A DNA stretch of 64,000 nucleotides, taken from NCBI RefSeq assembly GCF_009914755.1, contig NC_060926.1; one strand, written 5' to 3'. The position numbers and the translations under genes were made by a program. Of this stretch, positions 30,076 through 45,289 are shown one piece after another (positions within the stretch are counted from its first letter, which is position 1; every line of letters begins with the position of its first letter). The notes below the pieces were generated by a model that did no database searches, was not told the DNA's origin, and was given only the letters and a program-made list of their open reading frames with translations. This DNA is from the human T2T-CHM13v2.0 reference genome, Homo sapiens.

Positions 30076-33000
30076 GATTTATATCATTTTCCAACGTTAT
30101 ATATTACATAAAGTATATATTTATATAAAACAAAGGCAAGTAAGTTGATTGCCTGAGTTGGATTCAGAGAAAACTATTTGTATTGTAGATCTGAGTAGTC
30201 TAATTTTCTGATTGAAAGTGTTCTCCTCAGCTATGTTATCTTCATGGAGAGAAGGTTAAAGATATTACCCATCAGCAGCTCATCATCCAACTTTCGTCTG
30301 GAAAACACATAGAAATATAGCAAAAACACACACTCTAAAATAAAGATGTCATTATAGTCTATCAAATGTCAAGACAGCCAATCAGCACGTTGTGTTCTTC
30401 TTTCTGATGCCAGGTATCCTTGTATTTTAGGAGACAAAGGATACCTCTGGAACATTGGACTTTCATTCTCCGAATGGAAGACACCATAGTCACTTAACGT
30501 TTGAGCTGCAGTTTTATTTTCTGCCGTAGCCATCTACCTACATCAGAAGCAAAAAGTCATTTCAGTTCATTCAGAAAGCAAAGCACATATATAGGTTTGA
30601 ACTATGACTGAACAATAGCAAAAAAACAGAGATAGTCACAGCCATTTTTATTTTGGGTATGGGAGGAGGAGGAGGAGAAAGGTTTTCTGGGAAAGAAAGT
30701 AGAGTAGTTTCTTCTATTTACTTCGAGGTTTGGACAAAAATGAGCTACCTTATCCACGAGCTATGGGCATTTCCAGTAGGGGATGCAGAGCAACTGTAGC
30801 CTAGCCCAGGTGCCCCTTCCATAAATGTAACTGTATTCTAAGAGGGCAAAGCCATTTGGCAGTGTTTTCTCATGGACTTGAAGACGAGAGGACATGAACT
30901 CTCTGTCCAAATCAACATATCAAGGTTGCTGATATAGGCAACAGGCAAATACTTATTTAACCACGCTATTTTTAATAACTTTTGTGAGATAGTTTTTAGT
31001 AACTGTGTTCACAGCATAGAAAAAAATGATTATACCCCAATATTTTTGTATTATTTATTATTTTTGGGGAGAATTCTGCCATGAACACCAGAGTAAAATA
31101 TTGGAGGACATAATATGCTTTATTGATTTATCTAATTAATTAGCACTTGATACCAAATGATGGATTATAAATATTTTAAGGAACTTAAAAAAATCTCTCC
31201 TAAATATTATGATTTTTAAGTGGTAAAAAGAAAGGAAGATCAGGTTAAAATGTAGAAATTAGACCATGTAGGGCAACTTTCTAAATTAAAATATCTTCAG
31301 ATTATAACAAAAGGATGTGTTTTATAACACCAGAGGCATTGGTTTTGAGAGTAAAGCGTTGGATTCAGAACAAAGATTGCATTTTAATCTACGTGAATAA
31401 TGATTCTGTGAGGTATTTTTCATTTTCTTTGCATGTTTTGGGGTAGGATTATATTTGTGGCTTTTATGGTTGCTTCAGGTAGAATGTGCACACTTTTTTA
31501 AATTGATGATAAATTAAAAATAAATATTAAAAGAGATGAGCAACCTAAGGCAGTGATGCTTTAGTAACACAGTATGAACTAACTGCAGATTCAGAGATGC
31601 TGTCCTGTGCCAGCCTCCCATTTTTAACATAATAAGCTATGATAAAAAGAACAGAGTAACCCTTTCTTGTACCTCCACTGCACCCACATCCCAGTAGATA
31701 TTTCATTGATAAAATTGATGTTGGATGTGAAGATGGGTGGGTGGGGGTAATTTTTTTTAAATTGGTGAATGCAGTCATTTGTAAAACTGGTAGTAAGAAA
31801 TTTCTCTTCTAGCTACACGGTTCTCAGTCACAGAACTATCTTCCCTTCAGGAATGCTAATATGAATTTCAAAGTCTACTGCAAACTGTGTAAATGTAATA
31901 AGATTATATGTCTCTTGTTCATGACTAAAATTCTATCTCTTCAAATAGACGTGAATTCCCTGGCTTCCCTTAACACTTAGATTCCTAAGGTCAGGGTATT
32001 CACGTCTGTTTATGTCAGGTGCCATCTCAGGATTGCATCAGAAACATGTAATGTTTGTACTTTTTTTGTTTTCATTTCTAAAGAGAACAGAAGGACTAAC
32101 ACTCTTTCCAGGCAGCAGTGAAAGAACAAGGAGACGCCCTTGCTCTAGAGGCTCTAAAAACTAACAGAGGAGAGTCAAAACTCAGCCTCACCGCTACTTG
32201 GAATGCAAACAAATACAAAAGTTGTGAAACAATGCTTCTTTATGCCAACCATGTCATGAAAAATTTACATGGTGAGAAAAACAATAAAAAACAAATCACT
32301 CTTTTAGCTGAGGTGTATGGGGAGTGAGAATTTAAAACCTACTAGAGTCTATGAAACTTAGCAAGTACATAAAGTAACCTGCCACTTAGCAGGATATGAG
32401 AAGTAGGAACTGAAAATGGGAAAGCAGGGGGTTTTTGAAGACTTTGTAATTATGCCAGGAAGGGTTTTGAGAGCCTATAACAGAAGAATGACTTCAGGAA
32501 TGGATTAGAAGGAGTCTACATAAAAGGCATTTTGGGAAATAAAACAATGGGACTTAACAGCTAACTTTATGTACAGAGCACAGGATAGTGATGAGTTGAA
32601 ATTTCATACTCAATGGGGTTTTAGGCCAATGAGAATAGGATAATATTGACATTAAAAAGTTCACATCAATAATTGACATAAAAATGCACACACAGCACAC
32701 ATACACAGTGAGAGAGGACTTAAATATGCAAGAATAAGTATTTCTAGAAACATAATATATATATATATATATATTAGAATCATTTGTTTAAAGTTTGAAG
32801 TTGATGCCATTTTCTTTTGAAAGCACAGAGGGCATGTAAAGGCCTAAGACCTAGAGGCAAACTGGTGTGATGAAAAGGATGCTCCTTCACTTTGAAATGT
32901 GAGGGACATGACTCAAATCATAGTTGTTCCACTTGCTACTTGAGTGAACTTGGTTGAACCACTTAACCTCTCAATATTCTTATCTATGAAGTGGATAATA

Positions 33001-34075
33001 ATTCCAATTTTTTGATACTTTTTTACCAGTGCTTATAGTTGCTCAGGAAATATTAATCTATTTTTCTTTTTCAAACCTCGGAAGACAGCAATCCTTAGAA
33101 GGCAGGGAAAATGGAAGTATTACAAGACATGTTTTTTTTAAAGTAAGTGAGTGGAAATTAGTGGAGAGATTCATTGTTATATGAATAAAAGGGTGAAGAA
33201 GGGGAGTTTTTGTGACCAAATGATCTTCCTCTTAGAAATCCTCAATTAAAAAAAAAAAGAAAAAAGAAATCCTCAGTAGAGTTAGTTTATTAAAGGCTCT
33301 TAGATTGCAGCAATAAAGAAGTGTATTACATTTTTTTTTCTTTTAAGTAACAGAGTTTTCTCAAACTCATTTGCCTGTAGACTGTTTATCATGAAATACC
33401 ACCTAAGATCTTTATGCTATTTAAAAACGTGGGTATGGTATCACAAAAATCACGTAGGGGCAATTTTTAAAAAATATGTGTGTGATATTGTCAAATGTTT
33501 GTAAAATAATTGTGTAAACAAAGACAGAAAAATGATTTGGCAATTGAGTAGCTGTAGCTGAATATATAGACTCTAGTCTCAGCAAGTAATTGTAGATTTT
33601 TTTAAATAATAATTTTGGGACTAAGGGCTAACAGCAAACAGATATTGAATAGATGGCTTTACAAAATATTTGCCAAAGAAAACCAAGAAATAAGTAGCTT
33701 TAAAACTCAGGGTTCAAAGAGTGATGATAGGACCACCCTGTACAATTATGAAGAAAAAAGAGAAAAAAAAAGAGTGGGGTAAATATACTGAAGGTGTTCG
33801 AGAGGGAGGAAATACTTGAGTAAGCATGATTTTTGGGTGAGGGGATATGACTGAATGCATAAGTGAGTTCAGGATTTGGAAAAGAAAATCCTTTTTTCTT
33901 TCTTCTAAACTCCAGGCGAAACTCAGAACCAAGGTATAAGGGCAATGTGGAAGAAAGATAAAAGACCTCTTTATAAAATGGCTCAATGTACATAGAAACC
34001 TCTCTCCCGGTAGTTACGCATGATCTTCTCATTTTAAATCCAGTAATTACTTTTCAGCCCCAAAGAGTTTTCTTT

Positions 34076-34350
34076 TTTTTTTTTTTTTTTTTAGATGTAG
34101 TCTCACTCTGTTGTCCAGGCTGTAGAGCCTGGAATCTACACCTGGGTTCAAGGGATTCTCCTGCCTCAGCCTCCTCAGTAGCTGGGACTACAAGGCGTGT
34201 GCCACCATGCCCGGCTAATTTTTTGTATTTTTAGTAGAGAAAGGGTTTCACCGTATTAGCCAGGATGGTCTCGATCTCCTGACCTCGTGATCTGTCCGCC
34301 TGGGCCTCCCAAAGTGCTGGGATTACAGGCGTGAGCCACAGCGCCCAGCC
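34076..34350 (-). mobile_element. AluSc-like element with an internal rearrangement
   Basis: TSD caaagagttttcttt at 34061-34075 and 34351-34365. Confidence 0.9.
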
Positions 34351-35892
34351 CAAAGAGTTTTCTTTCTGAGAGTCCGTAACTCTACTCCTGTTTTGCAGTT
34401 TTCTCCCGATGCTTACTCTGTCTCTCTACTGCTCAGATCCCAAGTCGCTGAGCCCCGCTTCTCTTTCTCCACTGAAACCTTACATGGCATCATTCTTTGA
34501 GCTTCTCCTTTTGTGATTTCCATCTTTAATGTCTCCCCAGGTCATCCCAGTTCTGCCCAGGATTTAAGCTCTTTAGATAATCCCTAGGTCTTTATTTCAA
34601 GGGAAGTCTCCCTGTCAGCACCAGACTTAGAATTTTCCCCTGCTGAACACCAATCACCTTAGAGACAATATAATGATCATTCAAATTCATTGTTTCTAAA
34701 AGTGAACCTATTTTCTCTATCTGAGTTTTCAATCTTAATGAGTTGCATCTCCACTGATCCATTAACAGAGAGAATCAGGCTTGGAATCCCGTCTGTTCCA
34801 TCTTCATGAGGACTCTCCAGCCTATTCCCTTTTGCTAGACCACTGTTGATATCCACCTGAGAATTGTAGTAACATCCCACTGCTCCAGGCACATTTCTTA
34901 CAAATCCATCACACTTATGAAGCCAAGGTCATCTGTGTAGAGTCACTCACCTGATTATCTCAATCAACTGCCCAATAATTTTCAGTTTCTGTCCTTTTCT
35001 ATTCAAAGTCCTTATTACCATGCACACTTTTATGTCTCTAACTGCTCTCTCTCATATCCCTAATCCACTAGCCATTGACCAGGCATTACCCATAATCTAC
35101 AAACGCTCATCAGCTCTTGCTTTCTCCTTTAACCTGGAAATCTTACCTTTCTTAACTTGTTGGAATCCTATGTCCTGTCCTAGTCCCACCTCATGTATCT
35201 CTTTTTCCAAATAATTCCATTCTCCCAGTTGTAATTAAGCAATTCTCAGTATACACTCCCTTCTTACTTATACTTTATGTTTAGGAATTATACCTTAAAG
35301 TTTTCTTATTGGATTTTTCAGCTCCCAAAATGCAGAAAATGTACCTTATTCGTCTTTATATCCCCAGTGCCCCAAATAGTCATATATTACACATATAAAA
35401 GTTACTCCATAAATGTTTGCTCAATAAATATTAATCCATGTGCCCATTATTGGAGGTTCAGAGCTTTGGCAAAAATACAATGAACAAAAATACATGTAAT
35501 GAAAGTATGATTTTATTCTGGAAAGTCAAATGCAGAAATTATAACACATTAAAATTACTATGACAAAACACGTTTTCTGTGCTTAAATCAAGTAATGGAA
35601 AGGGGAACTGTGCTTATGAGAGTTTAATCTCCTAGAGAGTAGAGGCTCTATCAGCTTTACTGTATAGTGTGCATATTTTACAAATTCCTTCAAAAGTATA
35701 TTTCTAGTGAAATAAGAATGAGATGATGAGAAAATGCCATACAACCCAATTCTCTGATGCCAGGATTATGAATCAAATTTATATAATTTCTCAGGTGCCA
35801 CTCTATGAATTTACATGAGACTGAGAGGATTTTGTCCCTTAACTGTAGCAGAGTGGGCCAAAAATGTGGCTTCTCTTTCTGTTTCTTTAGAG

Positions 35893-36037
35893 TAGTGCTT
35901 TTCAATCAGGGGTGAATTTTTCCCTCAAGGGACATTTGCAACATCTGAAGACATTTTCAGTGGTCACAACTAGGGGAGCAGAGGCTGTTACTGGCATAGT
36001 TCTGGCATAGCAATAGTGCTGAGATTCAGAAATGCTG
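35893..36037 (+). mobile_element. MER20 (hAT-Charlie), internally deleted
   Basis: gggacatttgcaacatctgaagacattttcagtggtcacaact and the terminal caatagtgctgagattcagaaatgctg. Confidence 0.75.
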
Positions 36038-37104
36038 CTTCTAGAACCAGAAGGGAAGTGTTGGCTTCACTTCTCATGATTACACAGATCTAATTTGAAA
36101 ATATTTGTTCATTTTCAGGACTACTCAAAATGCTTCCCATACAAATAATATTTCTTACAACTTGTGCTTATTGCTAATAACATAAGCTAATTGGTTTAAC
36201 TGTATGTATAGATAGAAATTAATTACAAATGCATTTTAATCTGGAGTAGTGCTAAACACTTTTTTAGAGAATCATTTGTTTCAACATATGGGTCCAAGGC
36301 ACTTCAGAATTTACAATTGGCTGGTGGATGGTGATATGACAGTTGCAAAACTGCAAACTCACAGTTCAATTCTGAAACACTTGTGTAGACTGAAAATTTG
36401 AGTACTGTGTCATCTTATTAGCAACTGCCCTTGGAAGCCTAGGTTTTGGAATGACATGTATGGCATAATTATATTTCACAAAAAGAGCTGTTTATTATGC
36501 TTTAGAACCTGTTAAGTGTAGTTTGTATTGGTATTATTATAACAATCCAATCTACTGTTAACATAGTTGGTCTCTAGTAAGTACCTTTTCTTCCTTACAT
36601 TACCAGAAAAATAATTTTGTCTCCATGGTTGTTGTTACCTACCATATTAGATTATTTATTCCCTGATGGTAACTACCCATATTTGTTGGGCTTAAAAGAT
36701 CCTCACCCTTTCTTTAACTCCCAACTGCAATTTTAGCCTGCCAGCTATCTTTAGTCACTCTAGAGCACTTCTTCCTCATAACCCTGCTCTGCGTTGGCCA
36801 TTCCATGTATATCATAACTTCCTCATTAGTTATTTCATCTTATGGGTTAAATTTGTACTTTAATACTCCCTATCTTTACCAGTTACCCAGTCTGAACAGT
36901 GCATTTTCTTCTTTAGTTTGTGGAACTATGAATCAAATTGCGTGCCCTCTCCTTGCCATGGGATAGGTGGCATGATTTCCCAGCCATTGCTTAAGGCACT
37001 AGTTTCCTGGATTTTGAATATTAAATTGAGTGGGCCCAGGTGGTACTTTTCATCAAAACTTCTTGCTATTAAGAACTGCCTTAGTTTTGTTTTTTGACAG
37101 ATAG

Positions 37105-37400
<296 letters not shown>

Positions 37401-38174
37401 ATAGATAATTTATTCTCCTATTCTGTGAAATACCTCATACCTTTTCTTTTTTCCTTTTTCTCTCTCTCTCTATCTTTCTATCTCTATCTTTCTATTTCTG
37501 CCTTTTTTGCTAAGTTAACCAGAATTGGTTCTCTTCATTGCAATTTTAAAACTTTAACTGATGTACCTCAATATTCCCAACTTGTTATTCCAATATTCTG
37601 TATCGAACAGAATGGCATCATTGAAAAATTACTCTGAAATTTTCCCAATTTTTAACCAATTATATATTTTATTAGACACAAGATCTTACAGGTTTTACCC
37701 CAGATCTATTCTCCTGTCTCCCTTCTTACTGCTGCCAATTTAGTTTAATACTTCATCATGTCACCTGGACTATTAATCTCCAAATCCATGTCAATATTTC
37801 TAAATGATTATTCCAACATTGCTATCTCATTATGTGACTATGTCTTTAATATTTTATAATGCCTTGAGTACTTCTAAAACATGAAATATACGGCTATTTA
37901 TAATCTGGCCCCTGTATTTTATTTTGTAGCTCACTTGGCCCTAACCCTCCAGTACCTAATTCACCTTTACACTTAACTTTCTCCAAAAGGTCTGTCGTCC
38001 CTCTGCTTTGACCAAAGTCTTCACAGGGCTTTCAATAAACAGTTCTCTGCTCCCATGGCATCCTTCTTTCATTCTTTTTAAGTGCTAACTTGTAATCATT
38101 GGTTAACTCGTCTCTCTCTTTCTATTAAATACCTGTGAGCAGCAAATGTGTTTCATTCATCTTTGTACACTCTA

Positions 38175-38797
<623 letters not shown>

Positions 38798-39432
38798 TAT
38801 GCATAGTGTCTGGCACATTTTAGGCACTCAGAAAATATTAGGAAAATCAATGCCTTGATGCTTATCTTTTCTTGTATTCACAGAATTTTAACTAATACTA
38901 ACTTTTTAAAATTTTTTCCTTATGAAACATTTCAAATATACAACTCATACATGTACCTATCCATGTACCAGTATTTAATACTCACATACTACTTTCATGT
39001 TTCATTTTTTTCTCCTTCCTCTCCCCCTGTATCTCTGCTGACATTTGTTTACTTGTCTCAAATATAATTTCCTAGTTGAGTTTACAATTGGCTCAATTTT
39101 CTTCACATTTTCTCACTGGAGTTATTATAGAACAACAACAAGCCCTGTTCCAATTAAAACACTAGCTCAACCAGCAGTATCATAACAAATGGTAAAGAAA
39201 AAACTTGTCAATTGAATGAGTATTTAGTTTTCCACTTTACCTAGTAGTACAGTGATACATGCTTAGTCTCTTCCTCTAAAATATATCTATTACACAAATG
39301 CATATTTTTTTCTTTGCTTCTGTTTTCTTTATATGATTTCTATGGCAATTTTGAACTTTGCTGCATATTATGCCTTCATCAAACAGACAAAATACCAGTC
39401 TTACATAGAATATTTTGCCCTACTGAAATTAA

Positions 39433-39735
<303 letters not shown>

Positions 39736-41097
39736 AAAAAATCTTTTTAGGTAGTAGAATTTCCCTGCTTATTTGTTTTTAAATGCTGAGGTTCCATGGT
39801 GGCTAGTTTGTTTTCATTCATATCTGGGACCTCAAAACATTTTATCTTCTGTCAGATCAGATAGATTAGGCTTTGCAAATCCATGTCCTGTATGATCTGA
39901 CCTCTTTCACTCACAGAGGATTGAGCTTGTTTGAATTTGTTTTATGGTAGATATTTTACAGTCATCATTAAATAATGGTACAACCTGTTAGAAGGTTAAA
40001 AGTCAAATTTCCATTTTGCTCTTGTTGTAAATGGTTTGAGATTCTTTGGGGAAAACAATCCATTTGTGTTGAAAATGAGTTTTATTCTTCACATATTCCA
40101 TATTGCAAATTTCTTTTGCATGTTTTATATTGACCCAAAAGCTTCAGACTTAGGATAATTCATGTTATATGTGGTTTACAAATTTATTGAATCCTTTGTT
40201 TTATGCTCAACTAGAATTTTTTCATAGTTTTCTTCAGCTTAACTCTTACTGCACTTAGGGATTATTTTTCTTGCTTTCATTAGTTTCTTAAAAATTTTAT
40301 ATGCTACCTTTTTAGTTACAGTGACTCAATTTGCTACCTAAACAAACACAGAACTTACAACAAAATAGAGGAATCCTACATCTAAGGGGCTAACATACAA
40401 GTTGGTAAGGCTCTATTAGCAAGGCTGTTGAAGCTAGGTAATTATCTATCATGAATGCTGTCACTGTCTTTTGGATTCTGGTAATGAGAACAATGTACTT
40501 ACCATGGACTATAAACTCATAATGCAGATAGGATCTTAAATCATTTTGTTCATCTGATTTTTACTAATGGTTAATTACCAATACTACCATTGAATGCTAA
40601 ATGACAGTTTTTACAAGCAAATACTCCACACATGTAGTTTGAGATAAATTGCAGATATTTCTAAAAATGTCCTCAACTCCCTTATAATTATCATTGAAAA
40701 CAACAACTACACAGAGGAAGGAACAGTAGGGTACAGCTCCTCTCACCTGGGCTCTGTCTGGTTTGGGTGGATAGTCCCTAAGTGTAAGCTCCACTAGCTA
40801 GAAACTCAGGGCTGTTGTGGCTTCCTTGCTCATTGATTAGTCCATTGTGATACACTCAGTCTCTCCTCAACTGAAAAGACATCTTCAAACTGGGTTCTTT
40901 CTAATTGGCATAAGAGATTCAAATATGTGGTTCATATTTATTGCTTTGCCTTTTCTATTTTTGTCTCCAGTGAACTGCTTTTTTTATTCTTATTATTTTT
41001 TAATACTTGGTTTTGTACATTCTTGTTTACGTTTGTTGTCTTTTTCAAACAATTACTGATGTGAATATTGGAGGGGGGTCCCAGAAAGTATCTAGTA

Positions 41098-41281
41098 GGC
41101 CTGGAGTAGTGGCTTGCACCTGTAGTGCCATCTACTCTAGGGAGCTGAGGCAGGAGAAGTGCTTGAGCTGAAGAGTTCGAGGCTTCACTGAGATATGATC
41201 GCACCACTATTCTCCAGCTGGGGTGACAGAGCAAGACTCTGTTCCTAAAAAAAAGAAAGAAAAGGAAAAAGGAAAAGAAAA
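41098..41281 (+). mobile_element. Fossil Alu monomer (FAM/FRAM)
   Basis: Single diverged monomer with an A-rich tail. Confidence 0.8.
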
Positions 41282-41552
41282 TAGCCAGTAGGATAACCCC
41301 ACTTCCTTCCTCTTTTTTTTTTTCTTCTTTCCCCAGCATTTCCTGTTTTATAGGTAAGTATGTGGAGTTCAACTTGGTCAAATTTGAAGGTTTTTTCTTT
41401 CTTTTTTTAAGCTGCAAATTCCAGGTAAGAAATACTCAGATATCTAAAAAGGAGTAAATTGATCACCAAAAGGTAATTCCATAAATATGACAATTTCTGA
41501 ATTTAAAACAAAGTTCCATCATGACTCACCGAATGTCCTTGAAGTTAGTGTT

Positions 41553-43518
41553 TGATATGGTGCCCCCACCCAAATCTCAACTTGAATTTTATCTCCCAGA
41601 ATTCCCATGTGTTGTAGGAGGGACCTAGTGGGAGGTAATTGAATCATGGGGGACAGTCTTTCCTGTGCTATTCTCCTGGTGGTGAATAAGTCTCATGATA
41701 CTTGATGGGTTTACCAGGGGTTTCAGCTGTTGGTTCTTCCTCATTCTCTCTTGCCGCTGCCATGTAAGAAGTGTTTTTAGCCTTCTGCCATAATTGTGAG
41801 ACCTCCTCCAGCCACGTGGAACTGTAAGTCCAATTAAACCTCTTTCTTTTGTAAATTGCCCAGTCTTGGATATGTCTTTATCAGCAGTGTGAAAATGGAC
41901 TAATACAGTTTATTGGTACCAGTAGAGTGGGGCATTGTTGAAAGAATACCCAAAAACTTTGGAACTGGGTAGCAGGCAGAAGTTGGAACAATTTGGAGGG
42001 CTCAGAAGAAGACAGGAAAATGTGGGAAAGTTTGGAACCTCCTAGCGACTTGCTGAATGGCCTTGACAAAAATGCTGATGGTGATATGAACAATAAAGGC
42101 CAGGCTGAGGTGGTCTCAGATGGAAATGAAGAACTTGTTTGGGAATGGGAGCAAAGGTGACCCTTGTTATGTTTTAGCAAAGAGATTGGTGGCATTTTGC
42201 CTCTGCCCTAGAGATTTGTGGAACTTTGAACTTGAGAGAGGTGATTTAGGGTACCTGGTGGAAGAAATTTCTAAGTAGCAAAGCATTCAAGAGGTGACTT
42301 GGGTGCCGTTAAAAGCATTCTGTTTTAAAAGAGAAACAGAGCATGAAAGTTCAGAAAATTTGCAGCCTGACGATGCAGTAGAGAAGCAAAACCCATTTTT
42401 TAAGGAGAAACTCAAGCCAGCTGCAAAAATTTGCATAAGTAGCAAGAAGCCTAATGTTAATCCCTGAGACCATGGGGAAAATGTCTCCAGGCCATGTCAG
42501 AGACTTTTCATGTCAGCCCCTCCCATCACAGGGCCAGAGGCCCAGGAGAAAAAAGAGGTTTCGTGGGCTGGGCCCAGGATCCCTGTGCTGTGTGCAGCTT
42601 AGGGACTTAGTGCCCTGTGTCCCAGCCACTCCAGTCATGGCTGAAAGGAGCCAATGTACAGCTCAGGCTGTGCCTTCAGAGGGTGGAAGCCCCAAACCTT
42701 GGCAACTTCCACCTGGTGTTGAGCCTGCGGGTGCACAGAAGTCAAGAATTGAGGTTTGGAAACCTCTGCCTAGATTTCAGAAGTTGTATGGAAATGACTG
42801 GATGCCCAGGCAGAAGTTTGCTGCAGGGGCGGGGCCCTCATGGAGAACCTCTGCTAGAGCAGTGCAGAATGGAACTGTGGGGTTGGAGTCCCCACACAGA
42901 GTCCCTAGTGGGGCACTGCCTAGTGGAGCTGTGAGAAGAAAGCCACTATCCTCCAGACCCCAGAATGGTACATCTACCGACAGCTGGCACTATGTGCCTG
43001 GAAATGCTGCATGAAGGCAGCCAGAAGGGAGGCTGTACCCTGCAAAACCACAGGGATGGAGCTGCCCAAGACCATGGGAACCCACCTTTTGCATCAGCAT
43101 GATCTGAAAGTGAGACTTGGAGTTGAAGGAAGTCATTTTGGAGCTTTAAAATTTGACTTCCCCACTGAATTTCAGACTTGCATGGACCCTGTAACCCCTT
43201 TGTTTTGGCCAATTTCTCCCATTTGGTATGGCTGTATTTACTCAATACCTGTACCCCCATTGTATCTAGGAAGTAACTGGCTTGCTTTTGATTTTACTGG
43301 CTCATAGGCAGAAAGGACTTGCCTTATCTCAGATGAGACTTTGGACTATGGACTTTTGAGTTAATGCTGAAATGAGTTAAGACTTTGGGCGACTGCTGGG
43401 AAGGCATGATTGGTTTTGAAATGTGAGGACATGAGATTTGGGAGGGGCCGGGGTGGAGTGATATGGTTTGGCTGTGCCCCCATCCAAATTTCAACTTGAA
43501 TTTTATTTCCCAGAATTC
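41553..43518 (+). mobile_element. THE1A MaLR provirus: 5' LTR 41553-41907, internal 41908-43458, truncated 3' LTR 43459-43518
   Basis: LTR runs tgatatgg...ctaataca with AATTAAA. The internal region ends in a purine tract, then a second tgatatggtttggctgtg begins. THE1A-type ctcaacttgaatt and ctcccagaattc. Confidence 0.92.
41636..41646 (+). promoter_or_regulatory. DUX4-type motif TAATTGAATCA in the THE1A LTR
   Basis: Motif read directly; THE1/MST LTRs are known DUX4 targets. Confidence 0.55.
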
Positions 43519-45289
43519 TGAGATTTCCCAAGAAATCTCAGAGGGTGAGGCTACAAAATAACAACATGTTAGTGCAGTTACCAGCTTATTTATTAAGATA
43601 AAGAAAGATGTAGGGAATATTTGTATTTTATTGAAAAACAACAATACACTGTTTTCACACTTTTAAAAATATTAAACTTGTGGGCTTAACCGGCTGTTAA
43701 ACGTAAACATTATACATAGTTTTAACTATGAATAGTTGCTATTGTACCATGGATTTTTCTCTATTAAGTATAGGAAATTGATTTTGTACCAGTGAATGAT
43801 AGATATGATTTTTAAATTTTCTCTCTGTATAGATTTGTTATATTTTTGAGAAATTGCTTTTAAACCATAAAACATGATATTATATGCAATCTTATACATC
43901 TGTTCTCTCAATTAGGCAATAAAGTATTGAACAATATTCCTTATAGAACCAGTGCAGTCTCACTGTTATGTGCTTGATGAAAATATTTTGTCTACCTTAT
44001 GGAATGAGTAGAAGCAGGTGAAGGTTGATTATGATTTCTTAAAAATCTGTTTCTTAAATGGAATTGTTCCTCTACATTTCATGTGCTAAGGGAAATCAAA
44101 TAGGAATTTTATTATACTTAGCATTTATAAACTTAATGCTATTTTAATTGCTTCTTATTCCTACTTACCCTTGCCCTCTGCAAGTTTCTTAACCAAAGAA
44201 AAGTTAATTTATTCCAACTAAAATATCCATACTTATTATAGCAATATTTTTTAATCAGCTGTAATGAAGAACTGAGCCTGGGCAAGTTATTTTGTAATTT
44301 ACAAAAGGTTATGAAAATTTAGAAGCTTTCCTTCCTTCTTGTCTTCCTTCCTTTGAATGATAATTGTATGATGTGCCATCTCCATTTTATTTACTATTTT
44401 ACTGATGCAACTTGGTCCAGTGATTGTAGGGTATGTTTGTGTGTGCATGTGTATATGTGTGTGTGTTTTCTATGCAACTGTTGTGCATTAATACATATCC
44501 ACATGGCAAATTACATTTTCAAAATTTATTACAAAATCTATGTGGAATAGAGGGAATAAGTTGTCCCCAACATTTATAATTTATACATGCCTGAAAATCT
44601 AGAGATGGATGATTTATACGAATTCATGAGAGGATGGCATTGCTGTAGAGGAAGGCACATGCTGGAAAAAGGAAAAAGTGAAATCAGCCAAAGAAATACA
44701 TTTATACTTGTGCTCATGAATAGATGAGTAGTTGATTTGATGCTGGAATATAGGACAAGAAAGAGAATGGTTGAGCAAGTTTATACGGACAAAAAGATGG
44801 AAAGAACTCGTGTAGTGACTGAGGAGAGTAGAGGACAAGATAGGTCAGTGAGGACAGAGACATCGGGGTCATGTGGGGAAAAATGGAAGCTCTAGAAACC
44901 CCTTTGGTGCTGGCATGATGAGGGCCGGTAAAGTGTATGTGCCTGTGCTAATTATGAAGTCCCTTATTGCAATTATCATCACTATCAAAAGGAATTAAAA
45001 TCCTTTTACAATTGGAATTTATAACTTTTATTGTAATCCATAAAGCAATATAAAAACCTGCCTCCCACTGGCTCTTTAAAACAAAATCATTCTACCCAGC
45101 ACTGCATCACAGCTGGCCCGTTAATGTTCACTACAGACATTAACCCAACTGCCCCCAGCTTCCTTTTGAACTGCTGCTCCTGAGTTTCCCTTTATGGTTC
45201 CCAGGTGACTGGCTGTGGACCTCATCGGCTTGCAGTATTTGCTTTTGGCTCTTTCTGGCATGATTGTTTCATTATTCCATCACTGGTGT

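Noticed and set aside
40938-41417. 159-aa ORF
   Set aside because: Composed of antisense Alu monomer and low-complexity sequence.
42454-43014. 186-aa ORF
   Set aside because: A remnant reading frame within the THE1 internal sequence, with no sign of a functional gene.
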